From NCBI RefSeq assembly GCF_001194135.2, contig NC_068995.1:56608328-56672327 (forward strand): 64,000 nucleotides of DNA, in the 5' to 3' direction. This document shows positions 51,904 to 64,000 of the stretch, piece after piece (position 1 is the first letter of the stretch; each line of letters starts with the position of its first letter). Source of the DNA: Octopus bimaculoides (lineage: Eukaryota). A model generated the notes under the pieces. That model had not been told where the DNA came from. It did no database searches and saw nothing but the letters and a program-made list of their open reading frames with translations. The position numbers and the translations under genes are program-made.

Positions 51904-53756
51904 TATATACATACATGTACACACATATTGACAGCCATACACACACACCCTCTCTCTCATACACACACACAATTATCTTTTTGAATAAATATTTTCAAAA
52001 CCTCTTCATAATGCAATTCTGGATGTAGCTTTTTCAGACAAAGAACCATTTTTGGCAAAGTTATGTGGTTTTGCTTTTTATTTATTAATTCATTTATTTA
52101 TTGAAAAAACAAAAAACACTTTCTCCAGTGATTGCTGTTGTTAATATTACAGTTGCTAATTCCATTTTTAACTATTTTAGTTCTTAAAATATCCAGTTGT
52201 ATTTTATCAATACTTTTGCAATCTGAATACTTGAATCTTTCCGCAACTGCATATTCATGACGTTGTTTGAAGCAAGAGAGCAAATGGTGCTACAGAGCTG
52301 ACAAAAAGGCCTCTAAACCAACAGGAAATATTGAGAATGATGTGAAGACTTTCAGGAAGCAGACAACGTGATCAACAACAATTTTTTTAAATGGTTGAAG
52401 ATAATATTTCTGGACTCTTTTAAAAAAAGAAATGCACCACTACTCAAGAGACATGCTGCGGTTTTTTGGATAAAATGTTACTAAATAAATTTTAAAAAAG
52501 TAACAGACACACATGTATATGTGTAAATATGTACACAGGCAATCCTTGAGATTCATCTCTTCAACCTTTGTCTCTATTTCTGCGTATGTAAAGTGAAATA
52601 GCAGTTTTGTCATGTAGATATGATATGAGGTGCTTTGCTCAAGAACAAAGTGCATCATATAATCCTGGAATTGAAACCACAATTTTGTGATCACGTGTGC
52701 AACAGCCTAAGCATACCTTCTGACATGCATTATAAAAAATTTGAAGTAGAAATACTTAATAAACTTAAAGTAACCCAAGACAAATATTACCAGCACAAAA
52801 CTAACTCAGTAGTTGGCAATTTTCTTCCTGGCATTCGGAGGATTTCTGTGTATTATTTCACTATGGAATTCTGAAATTTAGCCAATTTTTTTTTTCTCTA
52901 ATACAAGCTGAATCTAGTTTGATAACAGCTAAATAACTCAAAAACATTTCAAAAGACACTACACTATTCATGTAGACTGTTTGTCTGCATAATATGTTCA
53001 TACAAGCAAAAATGGCCAATACAAACAATTTATTCCTTTTCATTTTTAAATGGGAAATGCACCAGCAGATGATTCTTGTAATATAGAAATTGCATGATTT
53101 TTTTTTCTTATTATTGCTATAATCATTAATTTAATTTCTATTGTATTACAATGAAAAGGAAATAATTTTCATCTTATTAAAACTGTTAAGGTAAAGTGTG
53201 ATTAAGATATAGTTTTAAGAGAGAACAGGCAGTGAATATTTCATATTCATTTTTAATTTCTTATCCCTAAAACTTTTCATTATTTTGATGAAGGATGGAA
53301 CAATATTTTTTGTCTTTTCCTTCACCCACTCCTTCACTCTCCCCCCCCCCACTCTTAGTCTGGATGAGATTGAGATATTTACATATTTATGGTTGGAGCA
53401 GTAATATTATAATTAAATATTCTTCTTTGTCCAAACAACATATTGCGAATCACAGTGAAGCTCATCACACAAAGGCAAATTAAATACACCGAAATACACA
53501 GAAAATTCTCTGGATTTAGGTGAACGTTTTGCACAATAGCACTGAAAACTCTCAACAGAGTTTCTCAATACAACCTAAGGAAACAACAGAGTTATATTAA
53601 AAACAAACAAACAAAAGAGAAACGAATCTTCAAATTTTAAGTTATCTGCTACCATTCATAACATTTTAAGGGTCATGTCTTTTCTTTGATAGGGATTTTG
53701 AAAGATAAATAAACAACTGTTTAAATAATGGCTAATTGTTATCTTGAAAAATGGTT

Positions 53757-54240
53757 CATCGTCATCATCATCATCATCATCATTTACCAGTCTGAAAGGA
53801 TCGACAGGTTCTGATGAGCCACAGACTGATGCTGAACTCCAGTGTCAGCTTTGGCCTGGTTTCTATAGCAGGATGCTCTTTTCTAACACCAACCACTTTA
53901 CAGAGTACCAGGTGCTTGTTGTCATTCCACCTGCACTCGTGATGTTGCCAAGTAATTTGCAAGATGGGGAAATAATAACAGGGAAAAAGGAAAAAAAAAA
54001 TCTGCCATTAAGTGAGGGGAGTATTCGAGGATGAGGGCAGGAGGTGGCTTATTGTAAAGAGTTGGAAGTTGAAGTATGACAGAAGGAACAGACATAAGAG
54101 TCTTGTTGTAGAGTGAATACAGGATTATCACACATCATGTAAAGAGGAGTGGGAGTAAGAGTTTGTGAGCAAACTCCAAAGGCACAGAAAAGTGAGTATA
54201 AGAAAGGCGGTGAAGATGAGCAGAGAGGTGAGCATATGTG
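53757..54240 (-). mobile_element. Family B repeat, long decayed copy
   Basis: (CAT)n tail, GGATGCTCTTTTCTAACACCAACCACTTTACAGAGT, and a purine-rich extension similar to 27100-27240. Confidence 0.7.
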
Positions 54241-55308
54241 AGGTTTAGTTATTAAATTTAATCTAAGAATCAAGAAAGAAAAAAAAGGATATAAGCCTTA
54301 CTTATATAAGGAATTGCAAATAAATGTGTAGCATGATTTATTTGTTTCTTTTTCAGCTAACAAATGTTTTGTGTCGTTTAGTTTATAGCATCCTATAACG
54401 AATACGAGAGGACATATAATGCATTTGTGTCACCACAAACTGAAAGAGCTCCTAAAACTGGTGCTTATTTCCAGATTTGAAACATGAAACAGAGGAATGA
54501 AGAATTTCACTAATTCCTAGAAGATCTAATATGTATTTCTTTAGCCATGTCAACCGAAGCATGACTCCTGTCCGAATACATAGACTATAGAAGTGTGAAA
54601 TTATGATTCAAGAGCTAGTAATCAGACAACTTATTCACTTAGCTATTTTGTCTCTACATAATGTAGCTAATTAAAGATGAAGAAAACAAAAGTTTGTAAT
54701 TAACTGAACTGAGGGTTTTAAGCTCTTTGAAAGTTCTGCTGCATGTGAAATTTTCAGTCAACAAATTGCTTTGGATTGTTTGATATGGATAAAACTAACA
54801 GACCAAGTAAAGTTGACAAGTCAACTCCATTATTTTAACTGAGGAACGACACACGTGTTTTCTCTTTTATAAGGAAATGTAAAATGTGTTTAAACAGCCC
54901 AGTGAATGTGAAAAATACTTTTGATGGTGAAAGAATGGCCAGTCTTTAGATTTGTTAGTATTTTGCTATCTTATTTTCTGTGATAAGAGAGTGACAGTTC
55001 TCAAGAATATTATGTTCTATTTTGAAATTTGTTAACTCAAAGAATAAATTTTATATTTAGTTGATTTAACTCTTTAATTCTCATGAAATATATTATCCTT
55101 ATATTTTAAATGGGTTTATAAAACAATGCAAACTTTGGAAGGATTTAGTAAGATAATTAACATCTGTTTTATAATTAAGCTAATAATATTTGTAACTATG
55201 AGATTTCAATGGTGTGATTGCTTATTTTTAGAAAATTGCAGGGTGGGTGCAAAAGCTTGAATCTGGCCGCTTTGAATACAACACAGGTAGAGTATTTAGT
55301 TCAAATAT

Positions 55309-55860
55309 GGCCAGTTTAGTTGCCTAGTGGTTAGGGTGTTCACTTGATCATGGGTTCAATTCCCAGACTGGTCAGCATGTGTTCTTGAGCAAAACACTTC
55401 ATTTCATATTTCTCTAATGGGTGGGAGAGAGCCAGAATCATTGCTGCATCAGCAGAAATACGTTATGATATATCTTCCAGCTTTCCACATTCTGAGTTCA
55501 AATACTACCTGCCTGGAGAAGGCAACAGGAAACCACTCCAGTATTCACCCCAAGTGAACGTTCATGGCTTAGTGGCTTGGGTATTCAGCTAAGAATCATA
55601 AGGCCATGATTTCAATTCCCAGAGGTGTGGTGTGTTCTTGAGCAAAGAATCTTATATCTCGTTGCTCCAGTCCACTCAGTTGCCAAAAATGAGTTGTACT
55701 TGTAATACACTGGGCCTACCTTGTCACACTCTGTTGAGAACTACATTAAGGGTATGCATATCTGTAGAGTTCTCAGCTTAACTTGCATGTTAACTTCATG
55801 AGCAGGTTGTTCCAGTGATCGATTCAACTGGAACCCTCATTGCCGTGGTTGATGGAGAGC
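55309..55860 (+). mobile_element. Nested/tandem SINE cluster (two family D heads, a family C-like piece, and an RTE/Bov-A-like motif)
   Basis: Two GTGTTCTTGAGCAAA blocks (about 55380 and 55632), TTCTGAGTTCAAAT at about 55490, and CCTGGAGAAGGCAACAGGAAACCACTCCAGTATT at 55512-55544. Confidence 0.7.
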
Positions 55861-56204
55861 CAGGCCATTCATCCTAAGTCAACTCATGCAGGAATGTCAT
55901 TTCAGTGGCAGGGGACGGTATGAGTCCTTCTAGGTTGTACAGAGCATGCTAGAGGTTAACATGCACAGGACTTGCCCAAGGGCCAACCACTGTTACACTC
56001 CAGGGTCAGCTTAATTGCTAAAGTGTTAAATATCTGAAAAGTTTCATTCACTTCAAAATTCCAAATAATCTCTCTTTTTTCATTACAAAAGTCAGACGAC
56101 CATTATTCTAATTCTTGTTTTGGTTGAATAAAACTCATTTTCAATAAAGAATAAATATATATATAAAAAAAATGATGGTATTAATAATGTAACAAGTAGT
56201 AGAG

Positions 56205-56390
56205 GTTGTTATGGTGGTGGTGGTAGTAGTAGTAGTAAATGTAGTAGCAGTGATGGTGCCAGCAATAGTAGTAGTAGTGGTAATGGAGCTTGCAACAATA
56301 GTGTTTGCAGTTGTGGTGATGCTGATAGTCGTAGTAGCAGCAGCAGTGGTGGTGGTTGTGGTGGTGGTGAGCAGTAGTGGTAACGTTAGT
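56205..56390. repeat. Degenerate trinucleotide array (GTG/GTA/GCA)n
   Basis: Runs of GGT, AGT and GCA triplets; these produce the poly-T/V/H ORFs in the track. Confidence 0.9.
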
Positions 56391-57309
56391 GGCAAAGAAG
56401 TAAAGGAAAAAAAAACTAATAAATTTAAGCACAAAATCTAAAAGAAAGAAAAAAAAATGCTGTTTGTTGTGCAGTCAGCTTTGTTGTTGTTGTTGTTCTC
56501 TTCCTTCATGTGTGCAAGTTCCAATGTTTTTATTTATTTATTTATTTGTTTTCTTTTTTTTCTTTTATTTTTGCCTTTTATTTATTTTAATCTGTGCTCA
56601 AAGCACATGTATCAAGTTTATCCAGGGCACACCTTCAGGTAACTTCTTTCTCGTCTGCAGTCTGTGTCGACTCGATTATCCAGAACCTTGCCATCTAATT
56701 TGCAACATATGATTCAAGGGTGAGAAAGTTCCAAGTGTAAAACTGTAAACTTAATTGTGCCTAATCTAATGATCAAAAGGAAAGAACTGAGAGCAAACAT
56801 CTCTCTTGGAGAATATGCTGCTGAAATATCTTCACCTCTCTTTTTCAGCTGTAGAATTCATGAATACTTAATATGCAAAAATATTATTTGCTTTCAACAG
56901 CTACCGTTTTGTCACAGTTTCTTTTGCATTTGTTGGCACCAGAACCCAGAAGTCAAAGTTAAAATTAATGCAAGACTATCTTCATAGCTCACATTTCCAA
57001 AGACTAAGAGAATACTCTAATATTGTTTGTATTTTTTCATCAGATGCTGTTTATTAAGATCCTGTCTTTAATGCTCTAAGTTTCTGCTACAGTTATTCCA
57101 AATATTTGTACTATATTTTATTTACATGCATGCAATTACGTTTGCGGTGAGAGTGGGGCAGGGTTCAACACATCACAAACAAGATACGAGATGATATATT
57201 CAATAGCAATGATTTGCATGCAGAGTATATCAAGTCATATAAAAACATATGTGCATGTGTTTGGGTGTGCAATGGGTTATCATATCATCTGTCTATGCAT
57301 TACACACAC

Positions 57310-57382
<73 letters not shown>

Positions 57383-57837
57383 TGCATGTGTGCACACATA
57401 TGTGCACACACAGTGTCCCATAAGTAAGACAGAATTTAACATTGATTAAATTATGTCTTTCTCTCTGTTGTAGCTGGAACAAGGAAGATGTGTTCTTGTC
57501 TGTCTCCTGTCTCAACTGTGAGCCCACCACCTAATAGTAGAAACAGCTGTAAGCTAATGAAGTTCATAAAAACAATTGTAAATTCCTTTGTCATCTCTTC
57601 TTTCTTATTACCACTCTGTACTCAACTAACAATTCATTCTGAAGCATTGCACATTAAGTTCTACACCAGGTTATTAGTATTGCAGTGTGTGTGTGTGTGT
57701 GTGTGTGTAAGAGTGTTACTCAGAGTTTCAAAGGCACAAGGCAAAGCATGTGTGTAATCGATGAATGAAATGTCTTTGATGAGGGAAGCTTTTCAGTCCA
57801 TGTTTGGATTGAAATATGGTGAAGTAAGTATTGCTAT

Positions 57838-57965
57838 ATCATCATCATCATCATCATCACCATTTAACGTCTGTTGTCCATGCTGGCATGGGTTGGACGG
57901 TTTGACCAGGGCAGGCAAGCTGGAAGGCTGCACCAGACTCCAGTCTGATTTGGTATGGTTTCTAC
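57838..57965 (-). mobile_element. Family B repeat 3' fragment
   Basis: (CAT)n then TTTAACGTCTGTTGTCCATGCTGGCATGGGTTGGACGG..CTCCAGTCTGATTTGG, matching 12440-12535. Confidence 0.85.
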
Positions 57966-59363
57966 AATTGTCTTATAAAAGCTGTCTTTGCATAGCTACG
58001 ATGCATGGCAAATTGTTGTATTCTTCAATGGGTGCAAATGCAAATGCTGCACACTGGATCTACTGTTGTTTCTCTTTCGCCTTGTTTCAAGATGGCTCCC
58101 ATTGTCAGTTCCAAGCATAATTTTTATACCTTGCCTTACTGGAAAGCTGCATAGATAACTGGGCAACTAACTCTGGAGTTGTTTACCCTGCTTCCATGTT
58201 CTTGTTGATGGAAGACCTCCAATCATTAATTAATGTTTTCCCCGCACACATAAATCGTTAAACCCAGAGGGCAACTGACATTTATGACTTGAACTATAAA
58301 CTTCAGAACTAACTGATGCTTCAAATGTACGGAGAGAGACAACAGTATCGCACAGTGGAAAATCAGCAATAATTGATGCCTCAGGTGATTCAGGAATTTA
58401 CCTTGCATCTCAGGTATAATGATTCTGAGTAAGTGTCTAAACACTACAGTTTAAAAGTGCATTAACCCTTTAACTGTGAAATTAAATTTCATGATCATTC
58501 CAGTTATGATGTTAAACATCTACCAAAAACTAGAATTGGTATTTTCTGCAAGTCATGCTGCCTCCATAACGTTGCTGTATCTCAACATAAAATAGTTTCA
58601 AACATGACACAACAAGAGATAGATTAGTATATAAAACTGCTTTCTTTTAGTTAAACCATCCAACCCATACCAGTATAGAAAACGAGTGTATGATGATGAT
58701 GATATATAGACAGGCACATAGATATGAGTGGGGTAGGGTGTATATGTGTGTATAAGTGTATTTGTGCTTGTGCCCTAGCATCACTTGACAACTGCTATTG
58801 GTTTGTTTACACACCCATAATGGTTTAACAAAAGATTAATAAAATAGGTACCAGACTTAAAAAAGCAAGTACTGGGGTCTGTTTGTTTGCAGTCCAATGA
58901 CTGAAACAAGTAAAACAATTATGAAAAAAGGTAACCCCAAATAAATACTTTGTCAGTGTTGTTCATTTCCATTTGTACTAGTAATTGGCAGCAGGGTATG
59001 CGGTCATACTGACAAAATGGGTCATCCAAATCGAGTTTTGAAAGATGAATCTATGTAGACAGCAATTTAATTTATATTATTACAGTTTAAGTGTATACAT
59101 ACAAACATACACACCTACATACATACATACATACACCTACATACATACATACATACACACACATACATACATGCAGCAAAAGAAGTTTGTTTTTCAAAAA
59201 AATTTAGAAATCATAAATTAAGAAGTTATGTATTTTTCATCATAGAAAGAAAATTCTTGACATTTTTTTTTCCCCCAAAGAAAATTCATAAGTTTTATTT
59301 CATTCTGTTATTGGTGAAAAAAAAAAGCATCTTTGATTCAAGAGAAGACATGCTGAATAATGA

Positions 59364-59407
<44 letters not shown>

Positions 59408-59664
59408 GATTAAAGTGAACACACACAACCACATAGACAGAATATAATAAAAATTCTAAGAAACATATGGAATAAAAGAAAAAAAAAAGGTTAATTAAAT
59501 ACAGTCTGAGTCAGTAGAGAGAAAATAAAACATCTTATGTAAAATAGACTTTTGAAATAAGTGAAAAGTGGAAGAAGAATTGGTAAAATGGACCAAGAAA
59601 GGTAGGGAAGGATTTACAAAAAACACTTTAGCTTATCTTTGCAAATTTTTTTCCATCTCTTCTG

Positions 59665-59693
59665 CATCATCATCACCATTACTATTATTATTA

Positions 59694-59724
<31 letters not shown>

Positions 59725-59785
59725 CATTATTATTATTATTGTTGTTGTTATTACATTATTATTGCTGTTGTTGTTGTTGTTATTT
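59665..59785. repeat. Trinucleotide array (CAT/TAT/TGT)n
   Basis: Directly visible. Confidence 0.9.
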
Positions 59786-62604
59786 TCTTTATCCAGAATA
59801 GAAGGGAGGAGTCGTTTCCATTGTGTGAGTGATGAGTTATATTGTCATTATGACTGACATGCTGTTGTCTAGCTGTCCACTGAAGGTACTTGGCATGGCA
59901 TGACATATGTCAACTTCTCCCACAGAAACACAAAATCATAATGGTGAAAGAGGTTAACTGAGTGATGAAAAAAATAAATAAACAGTGAAATATTAACAAT
60001 AATAATAATAATAATAATAATAATGATGATGATAACATTTAAAACACCCACAGATAGACAAAAAAATAACTGGGTGATTTTTGGGTCTTTTCCCCCTTTT
60101 CCCTGAAACAATAACCCACCCCAACATCATTATCTCCCTTCCTACCTCAATTCCAAAGGGCCATCTAAAATTATATGAGTTTCTTTGCCAGGACAGGGAA
60201 TATTTCAAAAAGACGAAAATAAACGATGATGCAGACAATAAGCTGACCATTCTCTGAGCTTTCCACATCCCACTCTACCTACATGTGGGTATGTTGGATA
60301 ATGACTCGATGATTGGAAAATAAGATAATTAACAGAGAAATGATAAAAAAAATAAATCAACATAACAAGAAATATTAAAATGATTAAGAATATAATAATG
60401 TAATGTATGTATATGCAGACCTATCTATGTGCTTTTATATACGCAAAGAAATATTGAAAAATTTTTCTTAAAAAAAAAATGAATAAAGGACTTTTATTTA
60501 TATTCTGCATATAAAAATGAAATTAATAAAATGTTGCACACACAGTCGTATATCCTTTTAGAATGGGAAATTTTCATATGGTTATGAGAAAAATAAGGGA
60601 ACCTTCCTCTCTTATCCCCTAACATCCATGCAGTAGTTACATCTTTCTTCCCCAACACTCAGTGTTCTTTCTTACAAGTTTTGTCATTCATTCTTTGAAT
60701 CTTTATGTCTCAAGAAAAAAAAAAAAACGCCCCCACCTCAAAAACAACCAAAAGGAAAAAAAAAAACAAATAAGTGACTTGAATTCTATAAAATCCCCCC
60801 ACCCAATGAAAATGAATAAAAAAAAATAAAAGTAAAAATTAAAATTAAATCTTATCCCAAATGAAAGTAAAAAAGAAACCGAATGAAATAAACTATAACA
60901 AAATTTTCATCCCCTAAAATATTTAAGTGGGGTTGGGTTCAGTTTAATGTGTACAAATAGTGAAGAAGAAAAATAGGGGAGAAGCTTTTGTATGAATGAA
61001 TCAATGAATAGATGAATGAATGAAGGAATGAAGAATATGTGTAGGTTGGGGTGGGGGGATAAGAAGGAGAAAGAGAGAATGAAAGAATTAAAGATAGCTA
61101 TAAATTTTCAACAATGCATGTTGGGTTGGATAGAATTATTTACAGATTATATGTGTGCTTGTGTATAAACAGATAGGTAGATAGGCATAGATATATACAT
61201 ACATATGTATGTATAAAAAATAGTCATACATATATATGTATACAATTACATACATAAATATGAAGATAGAGCTATCTGTCAATACATGTGTATGTATGTA
61301 TGTATATATATATNNNNNNNNNNNNNNNNNNNNNNNNNNNNNNNNNNNNNNNNNNNNNNNNNNNNNNNNNNNNNNNNNNNNNNNNNNNNNNNNNNNNNNN
61401 NNNNNNNNNNNNNNNNNNNNNNNNNNNNNNNNNNNNNNNNNNNNNNNNNNNNNNNNNNNNNNNNNNNNNNNNNNNNNNNNNNNNNNNNNNNNNNNNNNNN
61501 NNNNNNNNNNNNNNNNNNNNNNNNNNNNNNNNNNNNNNNNNNNNNNNNNNNNNNNNNNNNNNNNNNNNNNNNNNNNNNNNNNNNNNNNNNNNNNNNNNNN
61601 NNNNNNNNNNNNNNNNNNNNNNNNNNNNNNNNNNNNNNNNNNNNNNNNNNNNNNNNNNNNNNNNNNNNNNNNNNNNNNATGAATAAATTTGAAAAAGAAA
61701 AAAATGTTGTTGAAAAATGGGGAAATGAATATGAAACAGAAAGGAGAGGACAGGCTGTATGTATGTATGTATGCATGTATGTATGTATGTATGCATGTAT
61801 GTATGTACAAACACACACACACACATATATATACAGAGAGAGAAAGAGAATGAAGGAGACAGAGAGAAAGAGGGAGATAGAGCGGGAGGGAGAACAGAAA
61901 TGGAATGGGGAAAAAAAGAAGAAAAAATGCTTGTTTTGTCAAAAAGATTTTTAGAACCATCAACTTTTCACAATATATATTTTCCATGGGATAAAAATGG
62001 AAGAGGCCACTGTAACACCAAGAACTTCCTTATGCCTGTCAGCTGATATCTGAGAACATTGCAAGACTTGTATCTCATAGTGTTGTTCTTGCAGTTATTG
62101 CGCATGTATACCGGCATGGAAACTATGTTCCTTATTTCATATCTCCCGTTTGCATGTGCATTGTCTATCCAATATCTTTTTGTTACACATTTTCCTTTTA
62201 TATTTTTTTAATATTCAATTTGTAGACTCACTCTCTCCTTCACTTCAATACTTAACATTAAAAAATATTGATATAATTTCATTTTTTTTTTTCTTTTCTG
62301 GCATTCAACTTTATACACAACTATCTTTTTCTTATGCATTTCGGGGGTGTATTTTTTTTCTCTCTTTTTACCAAAATTACATTTCAACAAAATCACAAAA
62401 GTGAAGTGAAAATATAAAAGTTAAGAGAAAAGATCATCAACAACGATGATGATGATGATAGTGATGGAACATTACATGTTTTATGTATATCTGTATGTGT
62501 GCAATGTTTATCAAACACTACACATACACACACACACACACTTACAGTGTTTATATATATTTACACTGCCCTTATATATGTCTTTACAATGAAATGTATG
62601 TATG

Positions 62605-62639
<35 letters not shown>

Positions 62640-63290
62640 NNNNNNNNNNNNNNNNNNNNNNNNNNNNNNNNNNNNNNNNNNNNNNNNNNNNNNNNNNNNN
62701 NNNNNNNNNNNNNNNNNNNNNNNNNNNNNNNNNNNGTGTGTATACACAAACACACACATACGCATTATAGATATTATACACATTCATTTTTACAAGTTTT
62801 TTCAAGCAAAAGAGACAGAGAAACAGTAAAACAAGAAAGGGACAATGAGTGATGTTGTAATTTTAAAAAGGGGCTGCAAAAGGTGGATTTATGACAGCCC
62901 AGGCATTTTAAAAATATGGCTTTAACACACACACAAAAAAAAGAGTTCTCTGCATTTAGCTTAGATTCAATTTGAAGAATTCCTGCACACACATTTTATC
63001 AGAATTTCTTCATCACTGAATAAAGGAAGTTGATAAAGTAGAAAAAGAAAAATTCAATGAATAAGCAATGGCTGTGTAGTTAAGAAGCGTATGCATGTAT
63101 GTATATACATACATGCATACGTGCGTGTCTTTGTGACTGTTTCTGTCATGCACCACCACCACCTGACAACCAGGAATGGTTTGTTTATATCCCTCAAAAC
63201 TTAGGAACTCCACATAAGAGACCTATAGAATAAGTACAAGACTCAAAAAATAAATATTGGAGGTGGAGGCAATTTATTCAATTAAACACT

Positions 63291-63559
63291 CTGAAAGGGG
63301 TCTTGGGGAGTAGCGTCCCTGCCCCCCTGAGCCAGCTTCCCACCACATTTCTTAAAAATCGTGGTAGAAGCCTTGGTCTCGGAACCACTCAGGTCTAGAA
63401 ACTGAAGTTGGGGGGGGGGGTAAGCAAGAGCATGCTTCCCATAGAAAATCCGGCTCCAAAAAAGCCTCATGATAGCAAAGGGCACCAGCCAGCCCAAAGT
63501 TTGGGGTGGGCTGCACCTGCCTACTTCAATTGACAGGGACAAAACCCAGATTTAAAACA

Positions 63560-63594
<35 letters not shown>
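63291..63594 (+). mobile_element. Unclassified GC-rich interspersed repeat ending in a (GAT)n tail
   Basis: About 270 bp, clearly more GC-rich than its flanks, with a G11 run. It ends CCAGATTTAAAACACTG followed by (GAT)10, a retroposon-style tail. No clear tRNA A/B boxes. Confidence 0.55.
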
Positions 63595-63595
<1 letters not shown>

Positions 63596-63651
63596 GGCAG
63601 TGCCTGAACATGACCATAGTCCAATGACAAAAACAGGTAAACATAGAGCAT

Positions 63652-63929
63652 AGGCATGAATGAGTGGTTAAGAAGTTTTGTTTCAGAACCGTGCGGTTAC
63701 AAGTTCAATACTCATGCATAGCATCCTGGGAAAACTCCCCAACTTCGCTTGACAATCAATGTTAGTGTGTTTATGTCCCTGTAACTTGGCGGACTGGCAA
63801 AAGAAACCGATAGAATGAGTACTAGGCTAGACTTACAATGACTAAGTCCTGCGGTTGATTTGTTTGACTAAAGGCGGTGCTCCAGCATGGCCGCAGTCAA
63901 ACGACTGAAACAAATAAAAGAATAAGAGA
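63652..63929 (+). mobile_element. Family A SINE, head fused to a well-preserved tail (internal part missing)
   Basis: GAGTGGTTAAGAAG head, then CTTGACAATC..GCAAAAGAAACCGATAGAATGAGTACTAGGC..GACTAAAGGCGGTGCTCCAGCATGGCCGCAGTCAAACGACTGAAACAA. Confidence 0.85.
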
Positions 63930-63953
63930 ATATATACACATATATTTACACAC

Positions 63954-64000
<47 letters not shown>

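Noticed and set aside
51394-51972. 192-aa minus-strand ORF and overlapping ORFs in the CpG island, suggesting a first coding exon with a CpG-island promoter
   Set aside because: The 3' part is 28S rRNA sequence and the rest is ITS2-like plus microsatellite; the ORFs reflect high GC content.
56141-56441. Thr-, His- or Val-rich mucin-like ORFs
   Set aside because: They are translations of a trinucleotide microsatellite, lacking splice or promoter support.
61136-61987. Long ORFs spanning N gaps and (TA)n/(CA)n tracts (also 15741-16488, 20585-21583, 32696-33358, 33667-34282, 36703-37451, 41221-41884)
   Set aside because: Artefacts: N runs contain no stops, and dinucleotide repeats translate as YIYI, CVCV or HTHT.

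Overview
AT-rich eukaryotic non-coding DNA from a draft assembly. It is dense in (TA)n/(CA)n/(GA)n/(CAT)n/(TAA)n microsatellites and has about 13 N gaps, mostly flanked by simple repeats (e.g. 15870-16280, 20703-21301, 33873-34206, 36794-37228, 41309-41824, 61314-61678). The repeat landscape (several tRNA-headed SINE families, RTE and R4/Dong-type LINE relics) best fits an octopus/coleoid cephalopod genome; this is an inference. I could not support any host protein-coding exon, and nearly all listed ORFs are microsatellite or gap artefacts. Main results: (1) a CpG-rich island at about 51342-51840 is a pre-rRNA fragment (ITS2-like sequence plus the first ~119 nt of 28S) fused in the same orientation to a 5'-truncated SINE, which looks like a template-switch chimera. 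(2) A complete type I hammerhead-ribozyme fold at 45968-46023 has a variant CCGAUGA core and a near-palindromic stem III, typical of Penelope-like elements. (3) A decayed initiator tRNA-Met copy at 43035-43108 carries an AAT anticodon. (4) A 5'-truncated R4/Dong-like retrotransposon with a restriction-like endonuclease sits in a (TAA)n tract at about 39175-39995. (5) Two copies of an internally deleted, bipartite RTE element lie at about 23195-23690 and 49305-49745. Repeat boundaries are approximate and family names come from remembered consensus sequences, not from searches.
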